A stretch of DNA of 64,000 bases from Candidatus Limnocylindrales bacterium (GTDB taxonomy: Bacteria; Chloroflexota; Limnocylindria; Limnocylindrales; CSP1-4). The notes under the pieces are model-generated. The model did not search any database and had not been told where the DNA came from. It saw only the letters and a program-made list of their open reading frames with translations. Shown one piece after another: positions 8,692 through 18,086 of this stretch. The stretch is taken from contig JBBQRZ010000007.1 in assembly GCA_038214255.1 (NCBI GenBank), positions 36,730 to 100,729 of the forward strand, given 5' to 3'. Position 1 is the first letter of the stretch; each line of letters begins with the position of its first letter. The translations under genes and the position numbers were made by a program.

Positions 8692-10079
8692 CTCGCCTTC
8701 GGAGCCTCGTCGGCGACGACCTCGAGGGCCTTCTTCAGCTGCGGATCCTTCAACGCCTTGATCTCGGCCGGGGTCAGCCGCCGGACGGCGTCCGGGGTCA
8801 GCGGGGTCACGTCGGCCGGTCGCGTGACCGGCACGTCCGGGGCGATGCCCTCATGCCAGATCCGGCGGCCGCTGGGCGTCAGCCACTCGACCGTGCCGAT
8901 CCGCAGCGCAGACCCGTCCGAGAGCCCGAACTCGCCGAGCACGGTTCCGGTACCGAACGTCGTCTCCCCGACGACCTTGGCGCGGTTGGCGTCCTGCAGC
9001 GCGCCCGCCACGATCTCCGAGGCGCTTGCCGTGTCGTGGTCGACCAGCACGACGAGCGGGACGTCGGTGGCCACCCCGTTCGGTGATACCGGGTGCTTCA
9101 CCTCGCCGCCCTGGGCGTTGCGCTCGATGTACACGAGGCCGCTCGAGAGGAACTGGCTTGCGACCCCGACAGCTTCGTTGACGTAGCCACCGCCGTTGCC
9201 GCGCAGATCGAGTACGACCCGGTCCGCGCCGTCGGCGCGAGCCGCCTTGAGCGCCGCCACGAGATCGTCGGCGGCCCCCGAGGAGAACTGGTCGAGCCGG
9301 ATGAGCGCCGTCTTCGAGCCGGGGACCATCGTCCACGCGACGGGTTCGATCGGCACGTCGGCGCGCACGATCGTCACGTTTCGCTCCGGACCGGTATCGC
9401 CGGCACGGATCGTCAGGGTGACCGTTGTTCCCGCCTCACCGCGGATCCATCCGGCGATCTCGGTGATCGTGTGGCCCGTGGTCGGTTTCCCGTCCGCGGC
9501 GACGATGACATCGTCGCTCGCGAGCCCGGCCTTATCGGCAGGGCTGCCCTTGAACACCTCGACGATGCGCGGAAGTCCGGCCGCGTTCTGATCGATCCGG
9601 ACGCCGATGCCGACGAACGAGCCGCTGAGGGCCGCGTCGCGTTGCTTGCGCTCCTCGGGCGTCATGAAGTCCGTGTGGCCGGTGTCGCCGACGGCCTCGG
9701 TCATGCCCTTGATGGCTCCATGGATGAGCGCCCGGTCGTCGAGATTGCTCCGGTCGACATATTGTTGATGGATCGTGTCCCAGGCCTCGCGAATCAGGCC
9801 GAACGAGGTCGGTGCCGAGGCGCCGGGCGACGCGGGGTTCGGGGCGGCTCCCGTGACACCCGACCCGGGTCCGAACAGGCGACCCACTCCGATCCCGGCG
9901 CTGAACGTCGCAACGAACGCGAGCACGACGACCGCGCCGATGAGCCCCGACCGGCGTCCGCGACCGGCCGCCCGTGACGTTTGAGCCTGGGAGGGACCGG
10001 GCGTGAGGGAGGTCACGGCCGGCGGCTCTCGGTCGGTGGTCGGCTGGGTCGGGATCTGGTCGGTATCCATCGGTGGCAT
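8688..10079 (-). CDS. S41 family C-terminal processing peptidase with PDZ domain, membrane anchored
   Basis: PDZ-like block (IVEVFKGSPADKAGLASDDVIVAADG) and S41 catalytic blocks (LDLRGNGGGY, VVLVDHDTASASEI). N-terminal TM helix. Its stop overlaps the kamA stop (CTAG at 8688-8691). Confidence 0.9.
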   Translation of the reverse strand: MPPMDTDQIPTQPTTDREPPAVTSLTPGPSQAQTSRAAGRGRRSGLIGAVVVLAFVATFSAGIGVGRLFGPGSGVTGAAPNPASPGASAPTSFGLIREAWDTIHQQYVDRSNLDDRALIHGAIKGMTEAVGDTGHTDFMTPEERKQRDAALSGSFVGIGVRIDQNAAGLPRIVEVFKGSPADKAGLASDDVIVAADGKPTTGHTITEIAGWIRGEAGTTVTLTIRAGDTGPERNVTIVRADVPIEPVAWTMVPGSKTALIRLDQFSSGAADDLVAALKAARADGADRVVLDLRGNGGGYVNEAVGVASQFLSSGLVYIERNAQGGEVKHPVSPNGVATDVPLVVLVDHDTASASEIVAGALQDANRAKVVGETTFGTGTVLGEFGLSDGSALRIGTVEWLTPSGRRIWHEGIAPDVPVTRPADVTPLTPDAVRRLTPAEIKALKDPQLKKALEVVADEAPKAS

Positions 10080-10123
10080 CGAGCTCGTGCGGTGGCGACG
10101 GTCGTCCGCGCGAACGCGCGAGC

Positions 10124-10146
10124 GTGCCGGACGGGGCGTCCGGCAC
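10124..10146 (-). terminator. Perfect 9-bp stem hairpin (GTGCCGGAC-ggggc-GTCCGGCAC) downstream of the cupin gene
   Basis: Read directly. Located between the cupin stop (10235) and the S41 start (10079). No U-tract. Confidence 0.35.
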
Positions 10147-10234
10147 GGGAAGGATGCCCCAGATCGGTTGAGACTGGGTCATGGCTCAGGTCAAGGTTCG
10201 GTTGCGTCCGTCGATGAGCGGGCGCGGGCTCGGT

Positions 10235-10744
10235 TCAGCCCAGCAGGGTCAGCCCGTACCGCTCGATGAGGTCGGGTACCCAGTCCATCGACATGGTTGA
10301 CCCGTATCGGGCGGCCGTGGCTCCCATGGTTTCGGGCGTCAGCTCGCCGCGCGCTCCGAGCTCGCCGAACTGCGCGAACATCTCCTCCAGTCCGGATGGC
10401 GTGATGATTTCGAGGATCCGCGCAGGTCGGTCGTCCGGATTCCAGAAAACATGCGGGATCCCGCGCGGCTTCAGGATGTACGAGCCCATCGTCCCGATGA
10501 ACTCGTCATCTCCGATCCGCGCCCCGATTCGCCCCTCGAGGATGTACGACCACTCATCGTGATCCCGGTGGACGTGCGGTGGGACGAGAAGCCGCGGCGC
10601 GACGGGGTGCTCGACGATGGAGATCACGCCGTTCGTGGCCGTTCCAGGGATCTTCGTGATGACCCCGAGGGGACCCTCCATGACGACGGTGCCGGCCGTC
10701 GGCTCGACGAGAAACATGCTCACGGCGCTGGTCGGGGTCGTCAT
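10235..10744 (-). CDS. Cupin domain protein
   Basis: PPHVHRDHDEWSYILEG ... GSYILKPRGIPHVFWN is the two-motif cupin signature. Confidence 0.8.
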   Translation of the reverse strand: MTTPTSAVSMFLVEPTAGTVVMEGPLGVITKIPGTATNGVISIVEHPVAPRLLVPPHVHRDHDEWSYILEGRIGARIGDDEFIGTMGSYILKPRGIPHVFWNPDDRPARILEIITPSGLEEMFAQFGELGARGELTPETMGATAARYGSTMSMDWVPDLIERYGLTLLG

Positions 10745-10761
10745 CTCGCACCTCTATTATC

Positions 10762-10777
10762 TGCACAGCCGTGTGCA
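10762..10777. promoter_or_regulatory. Palindrome TGCACA-gccg-TGTGCA in the cupin/TetR divergent intergenic region (candidate TetR operator)
   Basis: Read directly. Lies in a comparatively AT-rich 86-bp divergent spacer. Confidence 0.4.
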
Positions 10778-10830
10778 TCCATATTCGAGGCTAGCGGCCG
10801 ACGCCAGGTTCGTCAATACTTTCACTGCAC

Positions 10831-11463
10831 ATGGCTGAGCAAGAGAAATCGACAGGTCAGCGGCCCTATCGGATGGGACGGCGGCGCGAGCATCTCGAGG
10901 CGACGCGCCAGCGCATCGCCGAGGCCGCGTTCGAGCTGCACCGGACGGTGGGACCGGCGCAAACGTCGATCAGCGCGGTCGCTGAGCGGGCTGGCGTCCA
11001 GCGTCACACGGTTTACAACCATTTTCCCGACGTGACGTCGCTCTTCCGCGCCTGCACGGAGCACGGGATGCGCGTCACCCATACGCCGGAGCCGGGTCCT
11101 TGGCGCGCAATCGAGGATCCGCCGGCTCGGCTGCGCCACGGGCTCGGCGAGCTGTACGCGTACTACCGGGCCAACGCCCGGCTCCTTGGCAACGTCGTCC
11201 GAGACATGCCGGTCCTCGGAGACGCCGGCGGCTCGGAGGCGTTCGTGGACCGAATGGCCGAACTTTTCGCCGCACTTGGCGACGGATGGCAGGACAAGGC
11301 CGCGACGCAGCGGCTGCGGATGGTGGCGATCGGCCACGCGATGTCCTACGAAACGTGGCGATCGTTGACCGACAAGGGGCTGTCCGACGACGAGGCCGGT
11401 GATCTGATGCTGCATCTGGTGACCAGCGTCGACGTGCTCAGTCAGCGGGTGTACCGGCCGTAA
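10831..11463 (+). CDS. TetR/AcrR family transcriptional regulator
   Basis: N-terminal HTH: RQRIAEAAFELHRTVGPAQTSISAVAERAGVQRHTVYNHF. Confidence 0.85.
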   Translation: MAEQEKSTGQRPYRMGRRREHLEATRQRIAEAAFELHRTVGPAQTSISAVAERAGVQRHTVYNHFPDVTSLFRACTEHGMRVTHTPEPGPWRAIEDPPARLRHGLGELYAYYRANARLLGNVVRDMPVLGDAGGSEAFVDRMAELFAALGDGWQDKAATQRLRMVAIGHAMSYETWRSLTDKGLSDDEAGDLMLHLVTSVDVLSQRVYRP

Positions 11464-11587
11464 CAGTCCCACGGGCCGGAGAGAGCGGCGCGACGACCGC
11501 CGCCACGGGTTAGGCGGTCTGGACCAAGCGCGATCCGCTGCGGTAGACTCCCTAATCCCTAGTGTTCAGTCGGAGATCAGCGTTCCC

Positions 11588-12043
11588 GTGACCGACGCTC
11601 CCGTCACGGCCATCGGCTTGGGCCCGTTGCGGCCCGCCCCGGCCGGCCTTCCCGATCCGGAGATCGACCCGCCCACGATCGGCGAAGCCCGCGACCCGTT
11701 CACCTCGGTCCGGGTGATCCACCTTGTCGCTCGTCTCGAACGGGGTCGGCCGATCCGGCTGGCGGACATCGCCGATCGCCTCAACGCAGCCTATCTCGAC
11801 TGGCACTTTCCGGTCTCCGTCGTCGCCGACGTTGCCCTCCAGCTGCAGGCGAACTGGATGGCCGACTACCGCAACGGCTCCGGGATCGCCATCGCCGACG
11901 GGCCATCGGGAGCTACGCTCACGATCGAGGACTCGAGCCGGGTCGATCCGTGGATCGTCCGCCAGGCCCAGCACGAAGTCGCCTCCTGTACCGAGCGGCT
12001 CGCCGAGTTCAGCCGCCGCGACCGACCTACGTCCGCCGACTGA
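11588..12043 (+). CDS. Hypothetical protein
   Basis: 151-aa ORF with a GTG start and protein-like composition. No motif recognised. The long minus-strand ORF 11552..12862 covering it looks like an antisense artefact. Confidence 0.45.
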   Translation: MTDAPVTAIGLGPLRPAPAGLPDPEIDPPTIGEARDPFTSVRVIHLVARLERGRPIRLADIADRLNAAYLDWHFPVSVVADVALQLQANWMADYRNGSGIAIADGPSGATLTIEDSSRVDPWIVRQAQHEVASCTERLAEFSRRDRPTSAD

Positions 12044-12103
12044 GACCGCCGAGCCGCGGCTCCCCAGAACGAACGCCACCAAATCATCAGGAAGGGGCAT
12101 GCA

Positions 12104-12970
12104 ATGAGTCAGAACGGATACGCGACCCAGGACGCCCTGGTCGATGCCGAGTGGGCGAAGGCCCACCTCGAGGACCCGAACATTCGATTCGTCGAGGTCG
12201 ACGTCGACACGACCGCGTACGAGCAGAGCCACATCCCGGGCGCCATCGCCTGGAACTGGACCAGCCAGCTGTCCGACGGCGTGCGTCGCGATATCGCCTC
12301 GCGCGAGGACTTCTCCAAGCTGTTGTCCGAGTCGGGGATCGGGCCCGACACGACGGTTGTGCTGTACGGCGACAACAACAACTGGTTCGCGGCGTGGGCG
12401 TACTGGCAGCTGAAGCTGTACGGCCACCGCGATGTGCGGATCCTCAACGGGGGCCGCAAGTATTGGCTCGACCAGGGACTGCCGCTCTCCACGGACGTGC
12501 TGCGTTACGACGAGACCGGCTACGAGTTGCCGAAGGCGGACTTCAGCCTGCGGGCCTTCCGCGACGACATCCTGCCGCGTCTCGGCGAGGCGGGCCTCGC
12601 CCTCGTCGACGTGCGATCGCCGGCCGAGTTCAACGGCGAGATCATCGCGCCTCCCGGCATGAGCGAGACCGCGCAGCGCGCCGGTCACATCCCCGGGGCC
12701 GCGTCGATCCCGTGGGCGCAGACCGTCAAGGAGGATGGGACCTTCAAGGACGCCGACGACCTCCAGGCGCTGTACGCGGCGAAGGGCGTCACGCCGGACA
12801 AGGACATCATCGCCTACTGCCGGATCGGGGAGCGCTCGTCCCACAGCTGGTTCGTGCTGCACGAGCTGCTCGGCTACGAGCGGGTCCGCAACTACGACGG
12901 CTCATGGACGGAGTACGGGAGCCTGATCGGCGTCCCGATCGAGAAGCCGGTGCCGGTCGGCGTCGACTGA
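12104..12970 (+). CDS. Thiosulfate/3-mercaptopyruvate sulfurtransferase (tandem rhodanese)
   Basis: Two rhodanese domains. Active-site loop YCRIGERSSHSWF. HIPGA motifs in both halves. GGAAGGGG Shine-Dalgarno. Confidence 0.9.
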   Translation: MSQNGYATQDALVDAEWAKAHLEDPNIRFVEVDVDTTAYEQSHIPGAIAWNWTSQLSDGVRRDIASREDFSKLLSESGIGPDTTVVLYGDNNNWFAAWAYWQLKLYGHRDVRILNGGRKYWLDQGLPLSTDVLRYDETGYELPKADFSLRAFRDDILPRLGEAGLALVDVRSPAEFNGEIIAPPGMSETAQRAGHIPGAASIPWAQTVKEDGTFKDADDLQALYAAKGVTPDKDIIAYCRIGERSSHSWFVLHELLGYERVRNYDGSWTEYGSLIGVPIEKPVPVGVD

Positions 12971-12988
12971 CCCATCCCGGTTTGTCCG

Positions 12989-13014
12989 AGCCCGGGTCCG
13001 CCAGGATCCGGGCT
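12989..13014. terminator. Hairpin between convergent genes (AGCCCGG...CCGGGCT)
   Basis: 7-bp outer stem with an inner TCC/GGA pairing, read directly. Only a weak T run follows. Confidence 0.3.
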
Positions 13015-13019
13015 TCGAC

Positions 13020-13454
13020 TCACCGACCTTTCCGGTGCGCCTCCAGCGCCCGGACGTACCGGTTCCGCAGCGCCTCGAACTCCGCGATCAGCCGCTGGCC
13101 CTCGGGCGAGGCTTGATCCCCGGCTTCGAGGCGGCGTTCGACCGCTCGCCACTCCGCGAGGATGCTGGCCAGGTCCTCGGGCGGGTCCGATTCCTCGATC
13201 GTCGGCAGCCTGGAGGCGGTGGGGATCGCGGCGGTCTCGTTAGCCTTGGCTTCCTCGACTCGCGCCAGGACGAGCAGGGCCTCCGCGGCAACCCGCACCT
13301 CGCGGGCGAGTGCCGGGAACTCGGCATTCCCGGGCCGCACCCCACGTTTCAAGCGCTCTCGGGCATCGACCTCGCGGATGGCGATGAGGAGGCCGTCCGA
13401 GGCACCCCGCAGTGCGTCCTTGATGGTGTTCGGATCGTCAGGCAAACGGGTCAC
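13020..13454 (-). CDS. Hypothetical helical protein
   Basis: 144-aa ORF with a GTG start and a charged, helical-looking sequence. No motif recognised. Confidence 0.45.
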   Translation of the reverse strand: MTRLPDDPNTIKDALRGASDGLLIAIREVDARERLKRGVRPGNAEFPALAREVRVAAEALLVLARVEEAKANETAAIPTASRLPTIEESDPPEDLASILAEWRAVERRLEAGDQASPEGQRLIAEFEALRNRYVRALEAHRKGR

Positions 13455-13681
13455 TCTCCACCGGTGACGGCTTGGCGAGACTGAAGCCTAATCCAGTCGC
13501 CGAGTCATTCACAAGGGGCAGTCGTGGACGCGTGCTGTCCGTCCGGCCGGTGCGCGCCCAGTCGCGCCTGGTGCGTCGACGCACCACGACATCGCGCATC
13601 CGAACGGTATTGGAATGGCATTCCGGTGCGGTTCGGAGTACAAGGTCCAAAGGCCGCTGGGGGACAGGTGGGGAGGCTGCC

Positions 13682-14002
13682 TTGCTCGAAGCGCCAGGAC
13701 GTATCTACGGCGTGGCTGCCATCGAGGTGGGGGAACGGGCGCTGCCGGTCGCGTGGGGTCGACTGGTCAGGCCGGGATCCGACGTCACGACGAGCGCCAG
13801 CCCCGCTGCCTGGACGATGGACCTGGAGACGATCTCCTTCGACCGGCTCGCGACCCGGGACTACGTCGTCCGGATCACGCTCAAGGATGGGCGAACCCTG
13901 GCCGGCGAAGCGGTCCTCGAATCCACGAACGGCCGGGTCTACCACTTCGAGGGCCGCGGGGATTGGGCGAGCCTCGACGAACACGAGTCCGCTCCAGACT
14001 AG
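13682..14002 (+). CDS. Hypothetical small protein (start inferred)
   Basis: The C-terminal part of track ORF 13472..14002 looks protein-like (MDLETISFDRLATRDYVVRITLKDGRTLAGEAVLESTNGRVYHFEG). A TTG at 13682 is preceded by GGGGAGG. Confidence 0.3.
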   Translation: MLEAPGRIYGVAAIEVGERALPVAWGRLVRPGSDVTTSASPAAWTMDLETISFDRLATRDYVVRITLKDGRTLAGEAVLESTNGRVYHFEGRGDWASLDEHESAPD

Positions 14003-15127
14003 TCATCGACCGTGGGTCGCCATGACCTCCCGGAGCCGGTCATGGGGCAGCGCGTAGGCCGTGATCCCGTCGCGTCCGACCATCGTTTCGGCCGCCAGGA
14101 GCGCGTTGACGATCGACTCCTCCGTCGCCTCGATGACGCCGTCGAACAGCCGATCGATCACGATGTCGCCGACGGCGCGGACCGGATACGTGCCGGTGGC
14201 GATTGGGTCGTCCGGAGTCGTGCCCGGTAATCGGTTGCCGGTCGCGAACGCGATGAACAGGTCGCCGCTCGTGTGGCCGCCGGTGCCGCCCATCCGCGCG
14301 ATGCCGAGCCCCGCCCGCTGGGCGAGGCGTTCGCACTGGTGCGGGAGCAGCGGGGCATCGGTGGCGACCACGACGATGATCGAGCCCGAGCCGGCGGCCG
14401 GTGGAGCCGCCCGGCCCGGAAGGTCATCTCGCGGGCTCGGGACCTCGTCGACCGGGATCGCCTCGCCGACCCGAACGCCGTCGACCCGCAGCCACGAGCG
14501 CTTGCCGTAGTTCGCCTGGACGAGGACCCCGACGGTGTACCCGCCGAGCTCCGGCCCGATGACCCGTGACGCCGTCCCGATCCCGCCCTTGAACTCGTGG
14601 CAGATCATGCCCGTTCCCCCACCGACGGCCCCCTCGGCGACCGGCCCGCTCGAGGCGGCCTCCAATGCCTCGTCGAGGTGCTCGGGCCGGACGTGGAAGC
14701 CGTTGATGTCGTTGAGCAGGCCGTCGTACGTCTCGCCGACGACCGGGAGCGACCAGGCGGCGTCCCGCGGGTCGCGTCGCACGGAGGCCGCCACGAGCGC
14801 GTCCCGGACGACCCCGACACTGTGGGTGTTCGTGATGGCGATCGGTGTCGTCAGCAGCCCGGACTCGCGGACCCATTCGAGGCCGGTCAGCTCGCCATTC
14901 CCGTTGAGCCGATGACAGCCCGCGAAGACCGGCTCGCGCCAGTCCGCGGCTCCACGCGGGCAGACCACGGTGACGCCGGTCCGGACCGGCCCCTTGCCCA
15001 CCACGAGCGGGCCATCGCCGCGGATGAGCGTCGTGTGCCCTACCGTGACGCCGGCCACGTCGGTGATCGCGTTGCCGGGCCCCGGCGTCCCCAGGCCGAT
15101 GCGGATCCCCAGGTCTCGTGCTCGCAT
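14003..15127 (-). CDS. P1/S58 family peptidase (DmpA-type L-aminopeptidase/D-esterase)
   Basis: N-terminus MRARDLGIRIG..GPGNAITDVAGVTVGH and the self-processing-type GxxxTN/GGTG blocks match my recollection of the DmpA family. Confidence 0.85.
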   Translation of the reverse strand: MRARDLGIRIGLGTPGPGNAITDVAGVTVGHTTLIRGDGPLVVGKGPVRTGVTVVCPRGAADWREPVFAGCHRLNGNGELTGLEWVRESGLLTTPIAITNTHSVGVVRDALVAASVRRDPRDAAWSLPVVGETYDGLLNDINGFHVRPEHLDEALEAASSGPVAEGAVGGGTGMICHEFKGGIGTASRVIGPELGGYTVGVLVQANYGKRSWLRVDGVRVGEAIPVDEVPSPRDDLPGRAAPPAAGSGSIIVVVATDAPLLPHQCERLAQRAGLGIARMGGTGGHTSGDLFIAFATGNRLPGTTPDDPIATGTYPVRAVGDIVIDRLFDGVIEATEESIVNALLAAETMVGRDGITAYALPHDRLREVMATHGR

Positions 15128-15133
15128 CGGCGC

Positions 15134-16633
15134 ATGCTAACGGCGGCTCCGACCGCGGGGCGGCCCGTCCCGCCCGACGGCCGTATCATCCCGGGCGTGA
15201 TCCCCGTGGGCCCGAATCTTCCCGGCACGCCCGCGGCCACCGTCCGCCTGCGACGGTTGCCGGAGCGGCTCGCGGCCGCTCGCCCGATCGATGTCGCCGA
15301 GGGCTTTCGCGACCTGCCCGGCCTCGCGCTGCTCGAAAGCGCCCGACCAGGCCGGAACGCGCGCTGGACCTACCTCACCGCGGACCCCGTCGCGATCGTC
15401 GAGTCGGCCGCCGCGGGCCCCGACCCGTTCGCCGTCGCCCGCCGGCTCGTCGGGCGCCTCGATGGAACGCCGATCGCCGGGGCGGACGCGCCGCGGTTCC
15501 TCGCTGGGCTGGTCGGCTTCCTGGGCTACGACCTCGGGCATCTCCTCGAGCGTCTCCCCTCCATCGCCGCCGACGACCAGGGCCTCCCGCCGCTTCGCCT
15601 CGCGCTGTATGACTGGGTCGTCGCGTGGGACCGGCGCACGGGGCAGGCCTGGCTGGGTGGCCGAGCCCTCGATGGCGACGGTCGCCGCCTGTCCCGTCGC
15701 CTCGACGAGGTGCATGCCCGGCTGACCTCGCCGCCACCACCTCAGGTGTCGCCGGCCGAGGACCGCTCCAGCGAGCCGCTGCTGTTCCGGTCGGGCCTGT
15801 CGCGGTCGGAGTACGAGGCCGGCGTCGAGACCGTGCGTGCCCATATCGCTCGCGGCGACATCTACCAGGCGAACCTCACCCGTCGGCTCGAGGCGTCGTT
15901 CCGCGACGATCCCTGGGACGCCTACCGGCGCCTGCGGACCGGCGACCCATCGCTGTTTTCGGCGTTCCTCGACCTTGGAGCGTCGCCGGAGACCGGGCGC
16001 CCGCGGGCCCTGCTCTCCGCCTCGCCCGAGCCGTTCCTCGCCCTCGACCGGAACGGCGTCGTAGCCACCGATCCGATCAAGGGCACGCGCCCGCGCGGCC
16101 GGGACCGGGCCGAGGACCGAGCGCTTGCGTGCGAGCTCCTCGCGAGCGCCAAGGACCGGGCCGAGAATGTCATGATCGTCGACGTCCTACGGAACGACCT
16201 CGGCCGCATCTGTCGCCCGGGGAGCATCCGCGTCCCGCGACTGTGCCGCCTCGAGCGCACGGCCGCCGTCCAGCACCTCGTCTCGACGGTGACCGGACAG
16301 CTGGCCGAGGGGCGCGACGCGTTCGACCTCCTCGCCGCCTCGTTCCCTGGCGGGTCGATCACCGGCGCCCCGAAGATCCGGGCGATGGCGATCCTCGAAG
16401 GCCTCGAGCCCGTTCGGCGCGGGCCGTACACCGGGGCGCTCGGCTGGATCGGCCCGGATGGAGCGATGCAGATGAGCATCCTCATCCGGACGTTTGTGGC
16501 CGATGGACGCCGGCTGACCCTGCACGTCGGCGGCGGCATCACGTGGGGCAGCGACCCGGCCGCGGAATGGGAGGAGACCGTCGCCAAGGCCCGCGGCCCG
16601 CTCGGGTCGATCGGTGCCGTGGAGATCGAGTGA
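15134..16633 (+). CDS. pabB: Aminodeoxychorismate synthase component I (chorismate-binding enzyme, PabB-like)
   Basis: GDIYQANLT, FPGGSITGAPKIRAMAILEGLE and RGPYTGALGW blocks. Start ambiguous (ATG 15134, or a GTG further in). The upstream part of track ORF 14597..16633 is antisense to the peptidase gene. Confidence 0.85.
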   Translation: MLTAAPTAGRPVPPDGRIIPGVIPVGPNLPGTPAATVRLRRLPERLAAARPIDVAEGFRDLPGLALLESARPGRNARWTYLTADPVAIVESAAAGPDPFAVARRLVGRLDGTPIAGADAPRFLAGLVGFLGYDLGHLLERLPSIAADDQGLPPLRLALYDWVVAWDRRTGQAWLGGRALDGDGRRLSRRLDEVHARLTSPPPPQVSPAEDRSSEPLLFRSGLSRSEYEAGVETVRAHIARGDIYQANLTRRLEASFRDDPWDAYRRLRTGDPSLFSAFLDLGASPETGRPRALLSASPEPFLALDRNGVVATDPIKGTRPRGRDRAEDRALACELLASAKDRAENVMIVDVLRNDLGRICRPGSIRVPRLCRLERTAAVQHLVSTVTGQLAEGRDAFDLLAASFPGGSITGAPKIRAMAILEGLEPVRRGPYTGALGWIGPDGAMQMSILIRTFVADGRRLTLHVGGGITWGSDPAAEWEETVAKARGPLGSIGAVEIE

Positions 16634-17559
16634 ACGACGCGGCCCCAGCAGGACCGGGGCACGTCTGGGTCGACGGGCGGCTGCTGCCGGCCGACGCACC
16701 GCACCTGTCGGCATTCGATCGCGGGTTCCAGCTCGGCGATGGGGTGTTCGAGACGTTGCGCGCGCGTGCCGGCCGCGTGACCGAGCTGGCCGAGCACCTG
16801 GCCCGGCTGCATCAGTCGGCCGATGGCCTCGGCATCCCGATCGCCCCCGACGTCGACGCGCGCCTGGCCGACGGGATCGCGGCGTTGCTCGCGGCCGAGG
16901 GTCTCGCCGGGCCGGCCGGCGACGCGACCGTGCGACTCACCGTGTCGCGCGGGGCGACCCGGGTCCGTGGCCTGCTTCCGACGGATCCGGCGATCAGCGC
17001 GACCCTCGTTATCCAGGCCTGGCCGATCGTGCCCGCCCCGGCCGGGCACCTCGACACGGGCCTGCACGTGATCGCGTCCGCGGTCCGGCGCGATCCGCAG
17101 GATCCGCTGGCGACCCTGAAGACGACGTCCCGTGCGGAATACGTCTACGCCCGGCTCGAGGCGCGCCGCGCCGGTGCGGACGATGCGCTGTTCATGACGA
17201 TCGACGGTCACCTGTCCGAGGCCACGACCGCGAACATCTTCCTCGTGCGATCGGCGTCCGCGGACGCCGTCGAGGAGCTCGCCACGCCATCGCTCGACTG
17301 CGCGATCCTGCCGGGGACCACCCGCTCGTGGCTGCTCGACTGGGGCACCCGTGTGGGCCTGCGCCCGGTCGAGGGCCGGCTCTCGCGGGCCGAGCTCGCG
17401 GGCGCGAACGAGGCGTTCTTCTCGTCAAGCGTGGCCGGGATCCTGCCGGTGACGCGCTTCGAAGGCCGGCCGATCGGGAACGGCCGACCGGGGCCATGGA
17501 CGATGCGCGCCCGCGCCGACCGCGAGTCGATGATCCGCGGCGAGGAGGGAGCCTCGTGA
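16630..17559 (+). CDS. pabC: Class IV aminotransferase-fold enzyme (aminodeoxychorismate lyase, PabC-like)
   Basis: DRGFQLGDGVFETLR, KTTSRAEYVYA and ILPGTTR blocks. Its GTG overlaps the pabB stop (GTGA at 16630-16633). Confidence 0.8.
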   Translation: MNDAAPAGPGHVWVDGRLLPADAPHLSAFDRGFQLGDGVFETLRARAGRVTELAEHLARLHQSADGLGIPIAPDVDARLADGIAALLAAEGLAGPAGDATVRLTVSRGATRVRGLLPTDPAISATLVIQAWPIVPAPAGHLDTGLHVIASAVRRDPQDPLATLKTTSRAEYVYARLEARRAGADDALFMTIDGHLSEATTANIFLVRSASADAVEELATPSLDCAILPGTTRSWLLDWGTRVGLRPVEGRLSRAELAGANEAFFSSSVAGILPVTRFEGRPIGNGRPGPWTMRARADRESMIRGEEGAS

Positions 17560-18086
17560 CCCGTGACGAGCTGATCTCCCGGACCCGTCAGCTCGTCGCC
17601 GAGGGTGCGCGGCTGGATTCGGAGCCATCGCTCGGAGCCCTCCAGGTCTGGCTGCAGCTGTCCGACGACCTGCTCTCGACGGCCTGGGGGAGCATGGATC
17701 GATACCACCTCGCCTGGCTCATGGTCGGCAAGCCGAAGGGCATCGTTCGCGGCCGCCCGATGTCCCAGGACGAGGAAGCCGCCTATGTCCGCGAGGTCGT
17801 GACCCAGAAGACGGCCGCCCTGCGGATGAGCCTCGACGCGGTGGAACGCCAGCAGATGCCGTTCGCCGGCGAGACCGGGGGCCGGGGTTCTGGCGAGGCC
17901 GCGACCGCCACCGACTCCGCAACCGAGCGTCCGGCCGCGGCCGCCATCGACCGGGCGCCCGGCCAGGCCGGCCTCCCGACCGACCCGACCCTGGCCGAAC
18001 GCCTGGAAGAGGCGCGCCGCCGTGCCGACGCCCACCGGGACCACGGGGAGCGGCGCGCCCCTCGCCCCGACCGCATGCAACGGTGA
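17556..18086 (+). CDS. Hypothetical protein coupled to pabC
   Basis: Its GTG at 17556 overlaps the pabC stop (GTGA). The N-terminal ~100 aa look folded; the C-terminal tail is low complexity. Confidence 0.5.
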   Translation: MTRDELISRTRQLVAEGARLDSEPSLGALQVWLQLSDDLLSTAWGSMDRYHLAWLMVGKPKGIVRGRPMSQDEEAAYVREVVTQKTAALRMSLDAVERQQMPFAGETGGRGSGEAATATDSATERPAAAAIDRAPGQAGLPTDPTLAERLEEARRRADAHRDHGERRAPRPDRMQR

